A DNA stretch of 60,265 nucleotides from Candidatus Bathyarchaeia archaeon (GTDB taxonomy: Archaea > Thermoproteota > Bathyarchaeia > Bathyarchaeales > Bathycorpusculaceae): contig JBEKBM010000019.1 of the NCBI GenBank assembly GCA_050015395.1, positions 1-60,265 on the forward strand, read 5' to 3'. Below are positions 39,138-49,618 of this stretch, piece by piece. The stretch's first letter is position 1; every line of letters begins with the position of its first letter. The translations under genes were made by a program, and so were the position numbers. The notes under the pieces were generated by a model that was given only the letters and a program-made list of their open reading frames with translations, searched no databases and was not told the DNA's origin.

Positions 39138-40016
39138 TTACATCGACAAGTCTTTGCCCTTCCAAACCTTTAGCATCAGATAAGATAGTATAAACCCTAC
39201 TATCATTGAAATTAGTGCATACATCCAAAAGGTCAGGTTAGGTAAACTAGGCTGGAACATTCCTAACCAGCCTCCGAAGGCGAAAACGACTAGACCTGCA
39301 ATTAATACTGAAAGAACAAACCAGTTTACACTTTCAGGCTCTTTTTGCTGGAGCTTAAGCTTATAGAGTCGCTTTCTGTAGAGCTCACCTACTATATAGA
39401 ATATGGCTATTCCGGCAAAAGAAAGTGCTACCAATGGTTTTAAATCGGCAACCGAAAAGAAGGAAGCGCCTGCTCCAAAAAACATAATGATTAGGAAGCC
39501 TATGGAAGCAAAGAATATTCCCCAGTCAACGATTCTGCTATTTCTGAATGGTCCGTAAGACCTCCGCCACGGTTGTTGTGTTGGCTCTTGCAAATCTCTA
39601 TCGGTTGTAACCTTAAGCAGTGTCCATGGGTCTTCGACCCACCAAACAGTTCTCTTTGAGGTATCTACTTCGTTTCCGTCGATACTGTATTTGTAACCTT
39701 TAACGATTCTAGTTATTGGATATAGGAGTTCTACGCCTCTGTCGGTGGCAGACGTGAAGCTATCTAATAGTGAGTGACTTAGAGCGCCTAAAGCAAGGAA
39801 TGGGTTGATAAAATACAAAACTCCAATGAAGAAAATGTTGTGAAACAGGCAACGATGTAGCTGATGTCGCGCAATGAAATCTTTAGCTACAAAGAAGTAT
39901 TCTCTGTCCAGGTCTGGAATCATTGCCCCGATTGTAATAATGAACGCTATTCCAACGTTATGGAAAAAGGTTATTCCTACGGCAAAAGCTAAAATCATGT
40001 GAGTGGTGAGATTCAT
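39138..40016 (-). CDS. Membrane metal-dependent hydrolase (YdjM/LexA-binding family)
   Basis: TH, GAMIPDLD, HR.LFHN, SHSLLD..T...RGV.LLYP; several TM helices. Confidence 0.82.
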   Translation of the reverse strand: MNLTTHMILAFAVGITFFHNVGIAFIITIGAMIPDLDREYFFVAKDFIARHQLHRCLFHNIFFIGVLYFINPFLALGALSHSLLDSFTSATDRGVELLYPITRIVKGYKYSIDGNEVDTSKRTVWWVEDPWTLLKVTTDRDLQEPTQQPWRRSYGPFRNSRIVDWGIFFASIGFLIIMFFGAGASFFSVADLKPLVALSFAGIAIFYIVGELYRKRLYKLKLQQKEPESVNWFVLSVLIAGLVVFAFGGWLGMFQPSLPNLTFWMYALISMIVGFILSYLMLKVWKGKDLSM

Positions 40017-40239
40017 TGTTCAGGCGCGCCCTTGTTTCCAACAAGTTTTAATGTCTTTTTTTGAATAATAGCTTTTTGGGTTGTTGCAGGATGCTGTTAA
40101 GTTATTGACCCGACAAGAAAAGCCACTTTTCCAGCCGCTTCAGCATGTCAGTTAAGCGCTTATAATAGTAATGTATTGTTGCAAGTAAACGGAAACTGCT
40201 GTCAGAGATATCAAAAAGATATCAATTTTGTTTCTTTCA

Positions 40240-40468
40240 CCCAAATAAATAAAATCCTCCTTGAACACTTCGCGCAAACAGAAAGTATGTTCGGTACCAT
40301 GAAACAAACAGACACAGCAGACCTGAGGGACCATAAGGATTGCTGCTTATGAAATATGTTATCGGCTCTTATACTTGGATTGAATATTTCATGGGGACAA
40401 AAGCAGGCGAGAAAGCCGCGTCTATAATTGAAAATTCAGAAGAAAAAATTACCCTACGATATGTCTAG
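40240..40468 (+). pseudogene. Decayed vapBC pair
   Basis: Antitoxin-like tail ILLEHFAQTESMFGTMKQTDTADLRDHKD, then MKYVIGSYTWIEYFMGTKAGEKA (40349); PIN Asp replaced by Gly; one-base loss in ITPTICLA gives an early TAG. Confidence 0.75.
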
Positions 40469-40706
40469 CGGTTTGAAAGTGTTCACGCTAACATCAGGCA
40501 ACCCTTTCTAAAGTGAAAGGTTAAAACTACCTTTGAACATTGCCCTTTCCTGAACACCCTACAAGGTAGTAGTAGTATTAACAGCATATAAGTCGCAAAT
40601 CATTTGCAGAGCAACTTTTTCATCAAAAAATCATTTTTCATAAGTAACGGTTAAAAGCCAATAATGCACACAATATTCAAACAACAAAAAAGGTTTGTTA
40701 CAAAAA

Positions 40707-41324
40707 ATGCAATCCGCTAAATCTGAACAAAGAAAATTCGTATTTGTTGACCCAGGCAAGTGTACTGGTTGCGGAATCTGCGAGTACGCTTGCACGCTAG
40801 AAAAGGGCGAAGCTATCTGGAACCCAATCAGGTCCAGAATCCGCGTTATCCGCATGACACCCCTCTTCAACTTCGCCCTTGCATGTCGAGCATGCAAAGA
40901 CGCTAAATGCGTAAAAGCATGCCCAGAAAAAGCAATTGCACAAGCAGAAAACACAGGCTTACTAATAATCGATGAAAAGAAATGTAAAGGCTGCGATTGG
41001 TGCGTTCAAGCCTGCGAATACGGCGGAATCACCATCCACTCCGACACGGGAAAAGCCATCGCCTGTGACCTTTGCCAAGGTGAACCCAAATGCATCGAAG
41101 CATGCCCAGAAGAAGCACTAGAACTTGTTGATTCTGACGAAGCAGCAGAAAAACGTTTCAGCGACGCACTAGAAAAGTTGCCGGCGCAAACCGAGCAGTT
41201 AACCACCGAAGTCAAGAACAAGGATTGGAAGCCACTGCTAGCCATTGCAGAGAAGCGATCCGAAAAGGTTACAGAGAAGCTTGAAGCGTTAAACAAGAAG
41301 GCAGTTGCACAAAAACACAAGTAA
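40707..41324 (+). CDS. 4Fe-4S dicluster (DmsB/HycB-like) electron-transfer protein
   Basis: Four Cys clusters: CTGCGICEYAC, CRAC...C...CP, CKGCDWCVQAC, CDLC..EP.C...CP. Confidence 0.92.
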   Translation: MQSAKSEQRKFVFVDPGKCTGCGICEYACTLEKGEAIWNPIRSRIRVIRMTPLFNFALACRACKDAKCVKACPEKAIAQAENTGLLIIDEKKCKGCDWCVQACEYGGITIHSDTGKAIACDLCQGEPKCIEACPEEALELVDSDEAAEKRFSDALEKLPAQTEQLTTEVKNKDWKPLLAIAEKRSEKVTEKLEALNKKAVAQKHK

Positions 41325-41337
41325 CTCTTTTTCTGAA

Positions 41338-42186
41338 TTATGGGCTTTCTTCATATCCCCTCAAAAACATGTCAATATCCAATCCAACCTTTTCACCCAT
41401 GTAACCACCTTCCAAAACAAAAAACACAGGCTTTTTCAGCAGCGCAACTCTTTTGCCAATCTCCCAGTAATCCTTCTCAATCAAGCCTAAAGACGCTAAA
41501 TCACCCAGATGCGTATCGAAACCAGCGGAAACCGCAATCACCTCAAACCTGCCCAAATCAACCATTCCCAAGGCTTTGTCAAGCGTCTCCAAATATTGTT
41601 TTCCACCACAATCTGCTGGCAAAGCAAAATTAACACAATTACCCTTAGTGAAAGACCCAGTTCCAGGATAATTGGGCGATTGATGCAGCGAAACGTAAAG
41701 GATTTTCTCGTCGCCTTGAAAAATCTCTTGCGTCCCATTGCCGTGGTGTCCGTCAATATCCAGAATCAGCGTTCTTTTGCCTAACTCTTTAACAGCTATC
41801 GCAATGTTGTTGAGGTAGCAGAACCCACGCGTGTAAACACCTAACGCAGCACCGCTTCTGCCAACATGATGTCCTGGTGGACGCATAAGCGAAAAACCAT
41901 TAATTCTTGAGGCTAAAAGTGCACCACCAACCGAAAGCCTCGCAAACTCATAGATTTTGTCGTAGGCAGGTGTATCTGAATCTTCAACTAAGCCTTTCTT
42001 TAGATTCCAAAGGTAATCAGCATCATGAACAGTTAACAAGTCTTCTTCACTTGCAGGCGTTGGCTCCAAAAACTCGTAACCTTTCGCTTTCAAAATTTCA
42101 GATGCGATTTTTACTCGTTGTGGTCCTTCAATGTGCCATGTGCCGTAGCCTAAACATTTTTCTGAGTAAACCACCTTTGTCTTCAT
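41338..42186 (-). CDS. Histone deacetylase / acetylpolyamine amidohydrolase family protein
   Basis: RPPGHH, GFCYLNN, DIDGHHGNGTQ, YPGTG, SAGFD, LEGGY. Confidence 0.93.
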   Translation of the reverse strand: MKTKVVYSEKCLGYGTWHIEGPQRVKIASEILKAKGYEFLEPTPASEEDLLTVHDADYLWNLKKGLVEDSDTPAYDKIYEFARLSVGGALLASRINGFSLMRPPGHHVGRSGAALGVYTRGFCYLNNIAIAVKELGKRTLILDIDGHHGNGTQEIFQGDEKILYVSLHQSPNYPGTGSFTKGNCVNFALPADCGGKQYLETLDKALGMVDLGRFEVIAVSAGFDTHLGDLASLGLIEKDYWEIGKRVALLKKPVFFVLEGGYMGEKVGLDIDMFLRGYEESP

Positions 42187-42275
42187 CGTTAACTCCATTA
42201 AACAGATAAGAGACGCTTTCATTTAAAATATCACCTGCCTCAGTTAGCCTCCAAAGCAATCGGAGACAAAGTTTA

Positions 42276-44225
42276 ATGATTTCAGAAAATCCATTCGATC
42301 AATTTCGTCAAGAATGCCAAACAGCATTGGCAAACGCGTTGAAGAAGGCTTTGCCAGAAATAAAAACGCCAAGTATAACGCTAAGTAAGACACCAAACAT
42401 TGAATATGGCCAGTTAGCTTCGTCACTATGTTTTGAGTTGGCAAAGAAACTAAACCAAAAACCACTAGACCTTGCGGGGCATCTAGTCGCTGCAATCGAC
42501 AAATCCAGCTTTAAACTGATTGAGAAGGTTTCATGTGCAGGTGCAGGATACATAAATTTTCATGTTAACTTCGCCAAGTTTTCAGTTTTAACTTTGGAAT
42601 CGGTTAAGCAGTTAAAGTTTGATTACGGCTTTGTTAAGACTGATGAGCCAACTAAAATTATCGTTGAGCACACAAGCGTTAATCCGCTTCATCCAATCCA
42701 TATCGGACAAGCCAGAAATCCCATGCTAGGTGACGCTTTAGCACGCATTCTAGAGTGCAGGGGAAATAAGGTTTCACGCCATTACTACATTGATGATGTT
42801 GGCAGGCAATCATCTGTTGTCGCTTATGGTTACGAAAAGCTCGGCAGACCAAAACCAACAGAGAAACCGGACCTTTTCGTTGGCAAAATCTACACCGTTA
42901 CCAGTTGTCTTGTTGAAATTAATCGTTTGAAAAAAACGCGTGAACTTGCTATTGCAATCCATTCAAGTGACGATTTAGTTAAGGCAAATAAGGAAATTGA
43001 CGAGTGGATGTCAATTGCCGCTGAACTTAAAGAAAAATATCCAGTGCTCTTTGAAGCATTGATGGCTAAAATCGGTGAAGACCAAAATCCAGAGGAAGAA
43101 ATAAACCGACTGAACCGAGCTTACGAGGATGGAGACCCCCGAGCTAAACAGCTTATCCGTGAAGTCAGCGACCTATGTCTTGAAGGTTTCAGAGAAACCA
43201 TGAAACGAGTTGAAGTCACTTATGACTCATGGGATTGGGAAAGCGACTTCGTGTGGAGCACGCAAGTTAGTGAGGTCTTGCAGAAGCTGAAGACTTCACC
43301 GTTTGTTTACAGCGAAAAAGGTGTGCTGGAGTTTAATGCTGACAAAGTTGTAGAAGTCTTCAAGTTGAAGCCCAAGTTGGGTTTGAGTGAGAATAATGAG
43401 GTTCCACCTTTAACGCTTGTGCGTGCTGACGGCACCACATTGTACACTACTCGTGACATAGCTTATACGCTTTGGAAGTTCAAGCATGCACAAAAAGTGA
43501 TAAACGTTATTGGTGTGGAGCAGTCGCTGGCACAGCTTCAGTTAAAACTTGCACTATACACATTAGGTTACAGTGAATACGCTGAGAACTTAGTTCATTT
43601 CGCTTACAATTTAGTTACTTTGCCGGGTTACAAGATGAGCAGCCGCAGAGGACACTACATTACTTTGGACGAAGTTCTCGACGAAGCGGTTCAACGAGCC
43701 TACGAAGAAGTTTCGAAGCGTTCACCACAGCTTTCTGAGGAAGAAAAACGCAAAATTGCCAGCTTTGTCGGTTTAGGTGCTGTGCGTTACGCGCTTGTCG
43801 ATGTTGATTCTTCAAAGCCAGTCATATTTACTTGGGAGCGCGTGCTTAACTTCGAAACCAACAGTGCACCATACGTACAATACACTCATGCAAGGGCATG
43901 CAGTATTTTGCGCAAAGCGGCAAGAGAACCAGAAAAACCAGCATACGAGCTTCTCACCGAAAAGCTTGAGCACGAGCTCATCTTAAACATTGCAAGCTTC
44001 CCAGACACCTTCATCGAAGCCACAGAATACCTAAAACCGAACTTAATTGCCGATTACACGAACACGTTAGCAGATAAATTCAACACCTTCTACAACGCAC
44101 TCCCAGTCATTAAAGCAGAAACACAGGAGCTCAGCGACGCACGCATCACATTAACACAAGCCATACAAATCGTAATGCATAACGCTTTGACGCTGATTGG
44201 TGTTGTTGCGCCAGAAAAAATGTAG
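42276..44225 (+). CDS. argS: Arginine-tRNA ligase
   Basis: EHTSVNP.HPIHIGQARN (HIGH-like), RADGT.LY.TRD, KMSSRRG, YVQY.HAR..SI. Confidence 0.97.
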   Translation: MISENPFDQFRQECQTALANALKKALPEIKTPSITLSKTPNIEYGQLASSLCFELAKKLNQKPLDLAGHLVAAIDKSSFKLIEKVSCAGAGYINFHVNFAKFSVLTLESVKQLKFDYGFVKTDEPTKIIVEHTSVNPLHPIHIGQARNPMLGDALARILECRGNKVSRHYYIDDVGRQSSVVAYGYEKLGRPKPTEKPDLFVGKIYTVTSCLVEINRLKKTRELAIAIHSSDDLVKANKEIDEWMSIAAELKEKYPVLFEALMAKIGEDQNPEEEINRLNRAYEDGDPRAKQLIREVSDLCLEGFRETMKRVEVTYDSWDWESDFVWSTQVSEVLQKLKTSPFVYSEKGVLEFNADKVVEVFKLKPKLGLSENNEVPPLTLVRADGTTLYTTRDIAYTLWKFKHAQKVINVIGVEQSLAQLQLKLALYTLGYSEYAENLVHFAYNLVTLPGYKMSSRRGHYITLDEVLDEAVQRAYEEVSKRSPQLSEEEKRKIASFVGLGAVRYALVDVDSSKPVIFTWERVLNFETNSAPYVQYTHARACSILRKAAREPEKPAYELLTEKLEHELILNIASFPDTFIEATEYLKPNLIADYTNTLADKFNTFYNALPVIKAETQELSDARITLTQAIQIVMHNALTLIGVVAPEKM

Positions 44226-44456
44226 TGTAAATTAGGAAGTGCCATTTTTGTTGGTGAATTTCGGTTTAAAAATTAGGGTATAGATATAGGTAGCCGAATT
44301 TTGCTTTATCTTTTTTAGAAGGGTGGTTAATAGCTTATTTTGGATTTAGCTGTCACTAATTCAGCCACTTTTTGGTTATTGAGTGCATTGTTGGTTGATT
44401 TTTGCAATGGCAAATTTCATATACGTCCCCATTAATTTAAAACGGGGTGCACATTA

Positions 44457-45521
44457 ATGAGCAATCCATATTTCAAAAAGAAACTTGAACCCATCCAAGT
44501 CAAACAAAAAAGTATTTCACAACTTTTAGCTGAAATGAGCAAAACCGCTTATCAGGGAAGAAAGCTTGGTGAAGCCGTTGATGTTTGGGAAAACATGCTT
44601 AAAGAAAAAGATTTGACCATAGCCATGGGCTTTGCAGGTTCAATGAGCACAGCGGGGCAGTGGACAATAATTAATTGGCTTATAGAAAACCGCTTCATCG
44701 ACGTGCTGGTTTCTACGGGCGCTAATGTTTCAGAGGATATTGTTGATGCTATGGGTTTGGGTTACTGGCAGGGAAGCCACATGGTTGACGACGAAGCGTT
44801 GCTGAAAGCGGACGTTAACAGGTACTACGATGTTTTCGGAAAAGAGACTGATTACCGCAAGATGGAAGAAGTAGTCACCGACTTCGTTATGACCCTGAAA
44901 ACCGATTACAATTATACATCTGCAGAATTCCTATACTTGCTCGGCAAATACCTAGGCAAGAAAAAGATTCCAGCAATCTCCGCTGTTGCAGCGGCAAACG
45001 GCGTTCCAATCTTCAGCCCAGCCATGGTTGACAGCGCCTACGGCGAAACCTTCCTTATGGCTAAAAACCAAGGCCACAACATCATGATTGACTCCGTTAA
45101 GGAATTTGACCAGTTCATAAGCATAGGCACAAAAACCAAGGATGTCGGCGTGGTCTACATCGGCGGGGGCGTTCCTAAAGACCTAACACAACTCATCGCC
45201 ATATCAGTTTCACCAATGACTTGCGATCAAGGCGTAAAAGGCAGAAAAGGCGGCTTACGCAAAGGCTTACAAGAATACTATTACCCCCACAAATACGCCA
45301 TACAAATAACCACCGACTCACCCCAATGGGGAGGCTTATCAGGCTGCACACTGGAAGAAGCAATTAGCTGGGGCAAAATCAACAGCCAAGAAGGAACACG
45401 CGCCGTATGCTACTGCGACGCCACAATCGCCCTGCCACTAATAGCTCACGCACTCTGCGAGCGTGTTCCAGAAAAACGTAAAGGGCCAGACATGAGCTGG
45501 CTATTCAAAGGCGTCCAATAA
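44457..45521 (+). CDS. Deoxyhypusine-synthase-like paralogue (divergent clade)
   Basis: VSTGAN, GGGVPKD.TQ, ITTD.PQWGGLSG.T..EAISWGK (catalytic Lys present). Confidence 0.88.
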   Translation: MSNPYFKKKLEPIQVKQKSISQLLAEMSKTAYQGRKLGEAVDVWENMLKEKDLTIAMGFAGSMSTAGQWTIINWLIENRFIDVLVSTGANVSEDIVDAMGLGYWQGSHMVDDEALLKADVNRYYDVFGKETDYRKMEEVVTDFVMTLKTDYNYTSAEFLYLLGKYLGKKKIPAISAVAAANGVPIFSPAMVDSAYGETFLMAKNQGHNIMIDSVKEFDQFISIGTKTKDVGVVYIGGGVPKDLTQLIAISVSPMTCDQGVKGRKGGLRKGLQEYYYPHKYAIQITTDSPQWGGLSGCTLEEAISWGKINSQEGTRAVCYCDATIALPLIAHALCERVPEKRKGPDMSWLFKGVQ

Positions 45522-45528
45522 ACGCCCT

Positions 45529-46683
45529 TTAACTTTTTTCACTAAATTTTTTCGGTTTTTTTACTGCCAATGCAACCGCGCTCAAGGTCACTACCACTAC
45601 TGCTGCCACCACTACAATGAGACTTGCACTACTGAACTCAGGTACCGTTGGGCTTGGCAGAGTAGACGTCGTTGAACTGGGAGACACGGACGGAAGAGAG
45701 GCATCTGACAGGACTGATACCGTCTTGCCACCAGCATTGGATATGAATATTTCGCCTTTACCAGAATCATAAACTAAGCCTGTAGGACCAATTCCCACGG
45801 GAACGGTTGCAACCACGGCGTTAGTGCTGTCTGATATTACCGAGGTTGTGTTGTCATCCTCATTGGTTACGAAGATTACGCCTTTGTCAGGATCATAAGC
45901 TACGAAGCCGGCAAGGTTTCCCACGGGCACAGTTGCAACCACAGTATTGTTGCTGTCTGATATGACTGAAACCGTGTTAGATTCACCATCGGCTACGAAT
46001 ATCTCTCCCTTTCCGGAATCATAAGCTACGCCCATAGGGTAGGTTCTCAGAGGAATGGTGGCAACGACGGTGTTGTTGCTGTCCGATATGACTGAGACAG
46101 AGTTGGAGGCATAGCCTGACTGGATATTTGTTACGAAGATTTCGCCTTTGCCCGAATCATAAGCTATGCCATTAGGGCCAGTTCCCACGGTCACGGTTGC
46201 AACCACGGTGTTACTGCTGTCCGATATGACCGAAACCGCGTTGTCGCTAGTTACGAATATTTCACCCTTCCCAGAATCATAAGCTACGCCTATCGCGCCA
46301 GGTACAGTCACGGTAGCAACGACGGTGTTGTTGCTGTCCGATATAACCGAGATAACCGAGACTGAAGCCTCACTGGCTACGAATATCTCTCCTTTATCGG
46401 AGTCATAGGCTACGCCAAATGCGCCTTCCGCCACGGGAATGGTTGCCACTACAGCATTAGTGCTGTCCGATATGACCGAGACCGCGCTGCTATAATTATC
46501 TTGGTTAAATGTAGCCACGAATATTTCGCTTTTACCTGAATCGTAAGCTATTCCTTCGGGAATTGTTCCCAACGGTATCGTGGCGGTTACCTCAACGGCG
46601 TGAACCGCGTTAACCGCTGACATGGCAAAAATCATAATGAAAAAGAGACCTAAAATCTTCCAAACTTTGGGTTTCATAAACAT
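45529..46683 (-). CDS. YncE/YVTN beta-propeller surface protein with PEF-CTERM-like sorting signal
   Basis: Seven ~42 aa repeats YDSGKGEIFV...VSVISDSNNTVVAT.PVG; signal peptide; VPEF + TM + KKPKK. Confidence 0.92.
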   Translation of the reverse strand: MFMKPKVWKILGLFFIMIFAMSAVNAVHAVEVTATIPLGTIPEGIAYDSGKSEIFVATFNQDNYSSAVSVISDSTNAVVATIPVAEGAFGVAYDSDKGEIFVASEASVSVISVISDSNNTVVATVTVPGAIGVAYDSGKGEIFVTSDNAVSVISDSSNTVVATVTVGTGPNGIAYDSGKGEIFVTNIQSGYASNSVSVISDSNNTVVATIPLRTYPMGVAYDSGKGEIFVADGESNTVSVISDSNNTVVATVPVGNLAGFVAYDPDKGVIFVTNEDDNTTSVISDSTNAVVATVPVGIGPTGLVYDSGKGEIFISNAGGKTVSVLSDASLPSVSPSSTTSTLPSPTVPEFSSASLIVVVAAVVVVTLSAVALAVKKPKKFSEKS

Positions 46684-46886
46684 TCCTCAGTTTTTCCATC
46701 TAAAGCGAGCGAGTTAACCTGTTTTTTTCACCCAATTTCAACTCCGCCCCTCTTAATAGCATGTCATCGATAGCACATAAAAGCATTGGCACATAGCAAC
46801 TTCAAGACAAAAGTCTGAAGTTTGCAGTATGAATGCTCTTCTGGAGGGATTCCTTTTGGTTGTGCTATCAGTTAGCGTTAATCGCT

Positions 46887-47852
46887 CTATTGGGCGGTTT
46901 TATTTTTGCTTAACCTAGTTAAGAGCGAGCTTGTCATTATCGGCATGATTACTGTAGCGTCGCCTTCAATCATGATGCGCCTTGCTTTTTCGCTTATTTT
47001 TCCCCATGAAACCGCTTCGCGTGGCCTTGCGCCGCTGAGGCTGCCATCCCACTCGTCTGCTGTGCTGATGTAAACAACGAAGTCTAAGCCGTCTTTGAAC
47101 TGGTTCCACCAAATCGTGTGGTGCTTGCTGATTCCGCCGCCGACAATTAGGGCGCCGCTCTTCTTAGCGTCAAAAATGATGTTGTTTAGTTCACCTTCGT
47201 CTTTAAGCACATTAAGCCTGAAATCACGATGGTCTTGGCTGAAGAACCAGGCTTGATAGCCTACTGCGCCGTCGGTTATGCCTGGCACAAAGATTGGAAT
47301 GTTGTTTTTGGCTGCCCAATAAAGAATCGATGTCTCATTGCAGCAGCGTAAGCCGATTTCCCGTGAAAGTTCGCTGGTTGAAAGCTCATGTTTGCCTTCT
47401 TTGTACAAATCCTGAAGCAGCCCTTGGATTTTCTGCTCTATGATTATGCCGTAGCTGTCATTTGGGACAAGCACGTTTCCCAGGCGGTTTACTCCTTCTT
47501 GGTGCAGTTTAGAATCATTCATTATGAAGCTGCCTTTGTAGTAGTCTTTCCAGCAGCGCGCCACATCATGATCCAATGTCCCACAAGTCGTGATAATGAC
47601 GTCGACAAGTTTGCGTTTAACAAGCTCTCTGATTACGCCGCGTGTGCCTGTGGCGACTAGGTTGGCTGTGAATGAGAGGAACTTTACGCAGCCTTTTGTG
47701 TTAATCATGGATTCCATTATGTTGACGCCTACAGCAAGCTTCCCGGCGGTGAAACCCCACGCTTTACCCATTTGGTTAACAAGCTCATCTACAGACATTT
47801 CTTCAGTAAAATCGTAATCTTTCACTGCTTCCTTATGCGCTTCCTTATGCAT
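46887..47852 (-). CDS. dys: Deoxyhypusine synthase (canonical archaeal type)
   Basis: TTCGTLDHD, NRLGNVLVPN, PGITDG, GGGISKHH, DGSLSGARPREAVSWGK. Confidence 0.95.
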   Translation of the reverse strand: MHKEAHKEAVKDYDFTEEMSVDELVNQMGKAWGFTAGKLAVGVNIMESMINTKGCVKFLSFTANLVATGTRGVIRELVKRKLVDVIITTCGTLDHDVARCWKDYYKGSFIMNDSKLHQEGVNRLGNVLVPNDSYGIIIEQKIQGLLQDLYKEGKHELSTSELSREIGLRCCNETSILYWAAKNNIPIFVPGITDGAVGYQAWFFSQDHRDFRLNVLKDEGELNNIIFDAKKSGALIVGGGISKHHTIWWNQFKDGLDFVVYISTADEWDGSLSGARPREAVSWGKISEKARRIMIEGDATVIMPIMTSSLLTRLSKNKTAQ

Positions 47853-47921
47853 GACGCAATTCTCCTATATGCACTGGATAAATGAACGTTATAATAAATA
47901 GGTGTCGAAAACACGTGATGG

Positions 47922-48812
47922 CTATTCTGATAGGTAAGCGATGATTCTTTGGTAAATATCCTTGTCCATCGAGTCTTCGTAGCCAGCGTAAATGCTCGGG
48001 TTATCGTTAACTTCTACCACAACGTAATCGCCGTCAACCTCTTTGATGTCCACGCCATAGAGCCCTTTCCCAACAACACTGCACGCCTTCAATGCTACTT
48101 CCCTAAGTCTAGCTGGCAACTCTTGCTTCTTCATGCTTACAGTTCTGCCCCAAATAACGGTTGGTTTGCCTCGGAGTTTGGCGCCATGCTTCCATTTACC
48201 CTTAGGAATCATATACTTACACACGTACAATACATCGTTGTTTAGTACGCCGACTCTCCAGTCGAAAGATGTGGGCGTAAACTTTTGAATCGCTAAAACG
48301 TCAGATTTCTTAAAGAACCGTTTAGCAACATCTCTAAAGCTTGTTTCACAAGCAGCCTTCTCCACATAACGCGAGAAACTTGTGTAAGGCGCTTTTATGA
48401 CAACCGGTTTTCCGAGTGCGTCGAATATGTCGCTGATTTTTTTATGGTGCAGTTCATCTTTGTTAAGGAAAATGGTCGGTATGTATGGCACATTATATTT
48501 CTCAAATAATGCGTATTGATGGATTTTGTTACCGCAAATAGTTATAGATTCAGGGTCATCAATAACTTTCAAGCCCAGTTCCCATGCTGTTTTAGACACA
48601 ACGTATGCAGTATTCAAGGGGTCGGTTGTTGCCCTAATGAAGACAGCATCATATTTTGCGACGTCTGAAATGTCTTCACGGAACAGAAAATGAAATTCTT
48701 GCCCTTGGTTTTCTGCGGCTAACTTGAAGTTTTGAAGCGCGCCTTCCTCTCTGGGATCAGTAAAGTTATATTTCTCAACAAAGCAGGCGATTTTAGACAC
48801 CGAAGGGTTCAC
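47922..48812 (-). CDS. RimK-like ATP-grasp ligase
   Basis: DAVFIRATT, VIDDP.SI..C.NK, FDWRVGVL, LYGVDIK, VEVNDNPSI. Confidence 0.92.
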   Translation of the reverse strand: MNPSVSKIACFVEKYNFTDPREEGALQNFKLAAENQGQEFHFLFREDISDVAKYDAVFIRATTDPLNTAYVVSKTAWELGLKVIDDPESITICGNKIHQYALFEKYNVPYIPTIFLNKDELHHKKISDIFDALGKPVVIKAPYTSFSRYVEKAACETSFRDVAKRFFKKSDVLAIQKFTPTSFDWRVGVLNNDVLYVCKYMIPKGKWKHGAKLRGKPTVIWGRTVSMKKQELPARLREVALKACSVVGKGLYGVDIKEVDGDYVVVEVNDNPSIYAGYEDSMDKDIYQRIIAYLSE

Positions 48813-49494
48813 CCTGCTCAGAAATGAGCGAGACCTCTTTTGAAATTATTTGCAAATCTTGTTCGGAAAGCTCCTTTCTGTTTACGGGTTGCAGTCCACA
48901 AAGATAAGCTTTGTCTAGTGTTTTTTGAATGTGGAGTTTGCAAAGTGGGATTTTGAAGGTTTTGTAAACTTTTTCTGCGATCTTTTGTAATTGAAGGTCT
49001 GTGTTGGTTGTTTTGCCGAAGAAGGTTTTGACGGCGAAGAGTTCGCCTTTGATGGGTTGGGCACAGACGGCGAATTTGTAGTTCATGCCTAGGCTTTTCA
49101 TGGCGCGGTAGAGCGCGCTTTTGTTGTGGGCGACTTTGTAGCCGTCGTAAATGAAAGGATTTACTGCAAAGAGAATGACTGGGAAGCCGAGTTCGTTGGT
49201 TATTTTTTTAACGGAGTCTGTGACGAGGAAGGGTAAGGTGGGCACCCCAGCTTTGGCTGCTCTAAGAAGGAGAATCGGGGTCCTGCTTGAGTCAATAATG
49301 TTTTCGCATGATGGAATAACGCGGTTGCCGAGAATTTCAGCGTGCATCGAAACATAATAGCCTGTTTTGAGGTATCGGTATTCGTTGTTGATGTTGAGGG
49401 TGGCTTCTTTGATTTTGGAATCTAGAAACGTAGCGGGCTTCATTACTTGCGAATTAGTGGTTAGGTCGATATTTGAGACGACCAACACGGTCAT
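48793..49494 (-). CDS. RLAN (RimK-like ATP-grasp N-terminal) domain protein
   Basis: N....YRYLKTGYYVSMHAE..G.RVIPS motif; overlaps the ATP-grasp gene. Confidence 0.85.
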   Translation of the reverse strand: MTVLVVSNIDLTTNSQVMKPATFLDSKIKEATLNINNEYRYLKTGYYVSMHAEILGNRVIPSCENIIDSSRTPILLLRAAKAGVPTLPFLVTDSVKKITNELGFPVILFAVNPFIYDGYKVAHNKSALYRAMKSLGMNYKFAVCAQPIKGELFAVKTFFGKTTNTDLQLQKIAEKVYKTFKIPLCKLHIQKTLDKAYLCGLQPVNRKELSEQDLQIISKEVSLISEQGEPFGV

Positions 49495-49618
49495 GAGACA
49501 CCAGGTTAATTAAAAGGCGTTATTACCGCAGTTATATTTAAGATTAACTATCATTATATTCGCATCCAGAATTAACGCTAAACAAAAAGAGGCATAGCCT
49601 ACGTATAAACCGCTTGAA

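Noticed and set aside
49595-49597. Pyrrolysine or other TAG recoding
   Set aside because: The TAG is at the start position rather than internal, and no pyl genes are in the window
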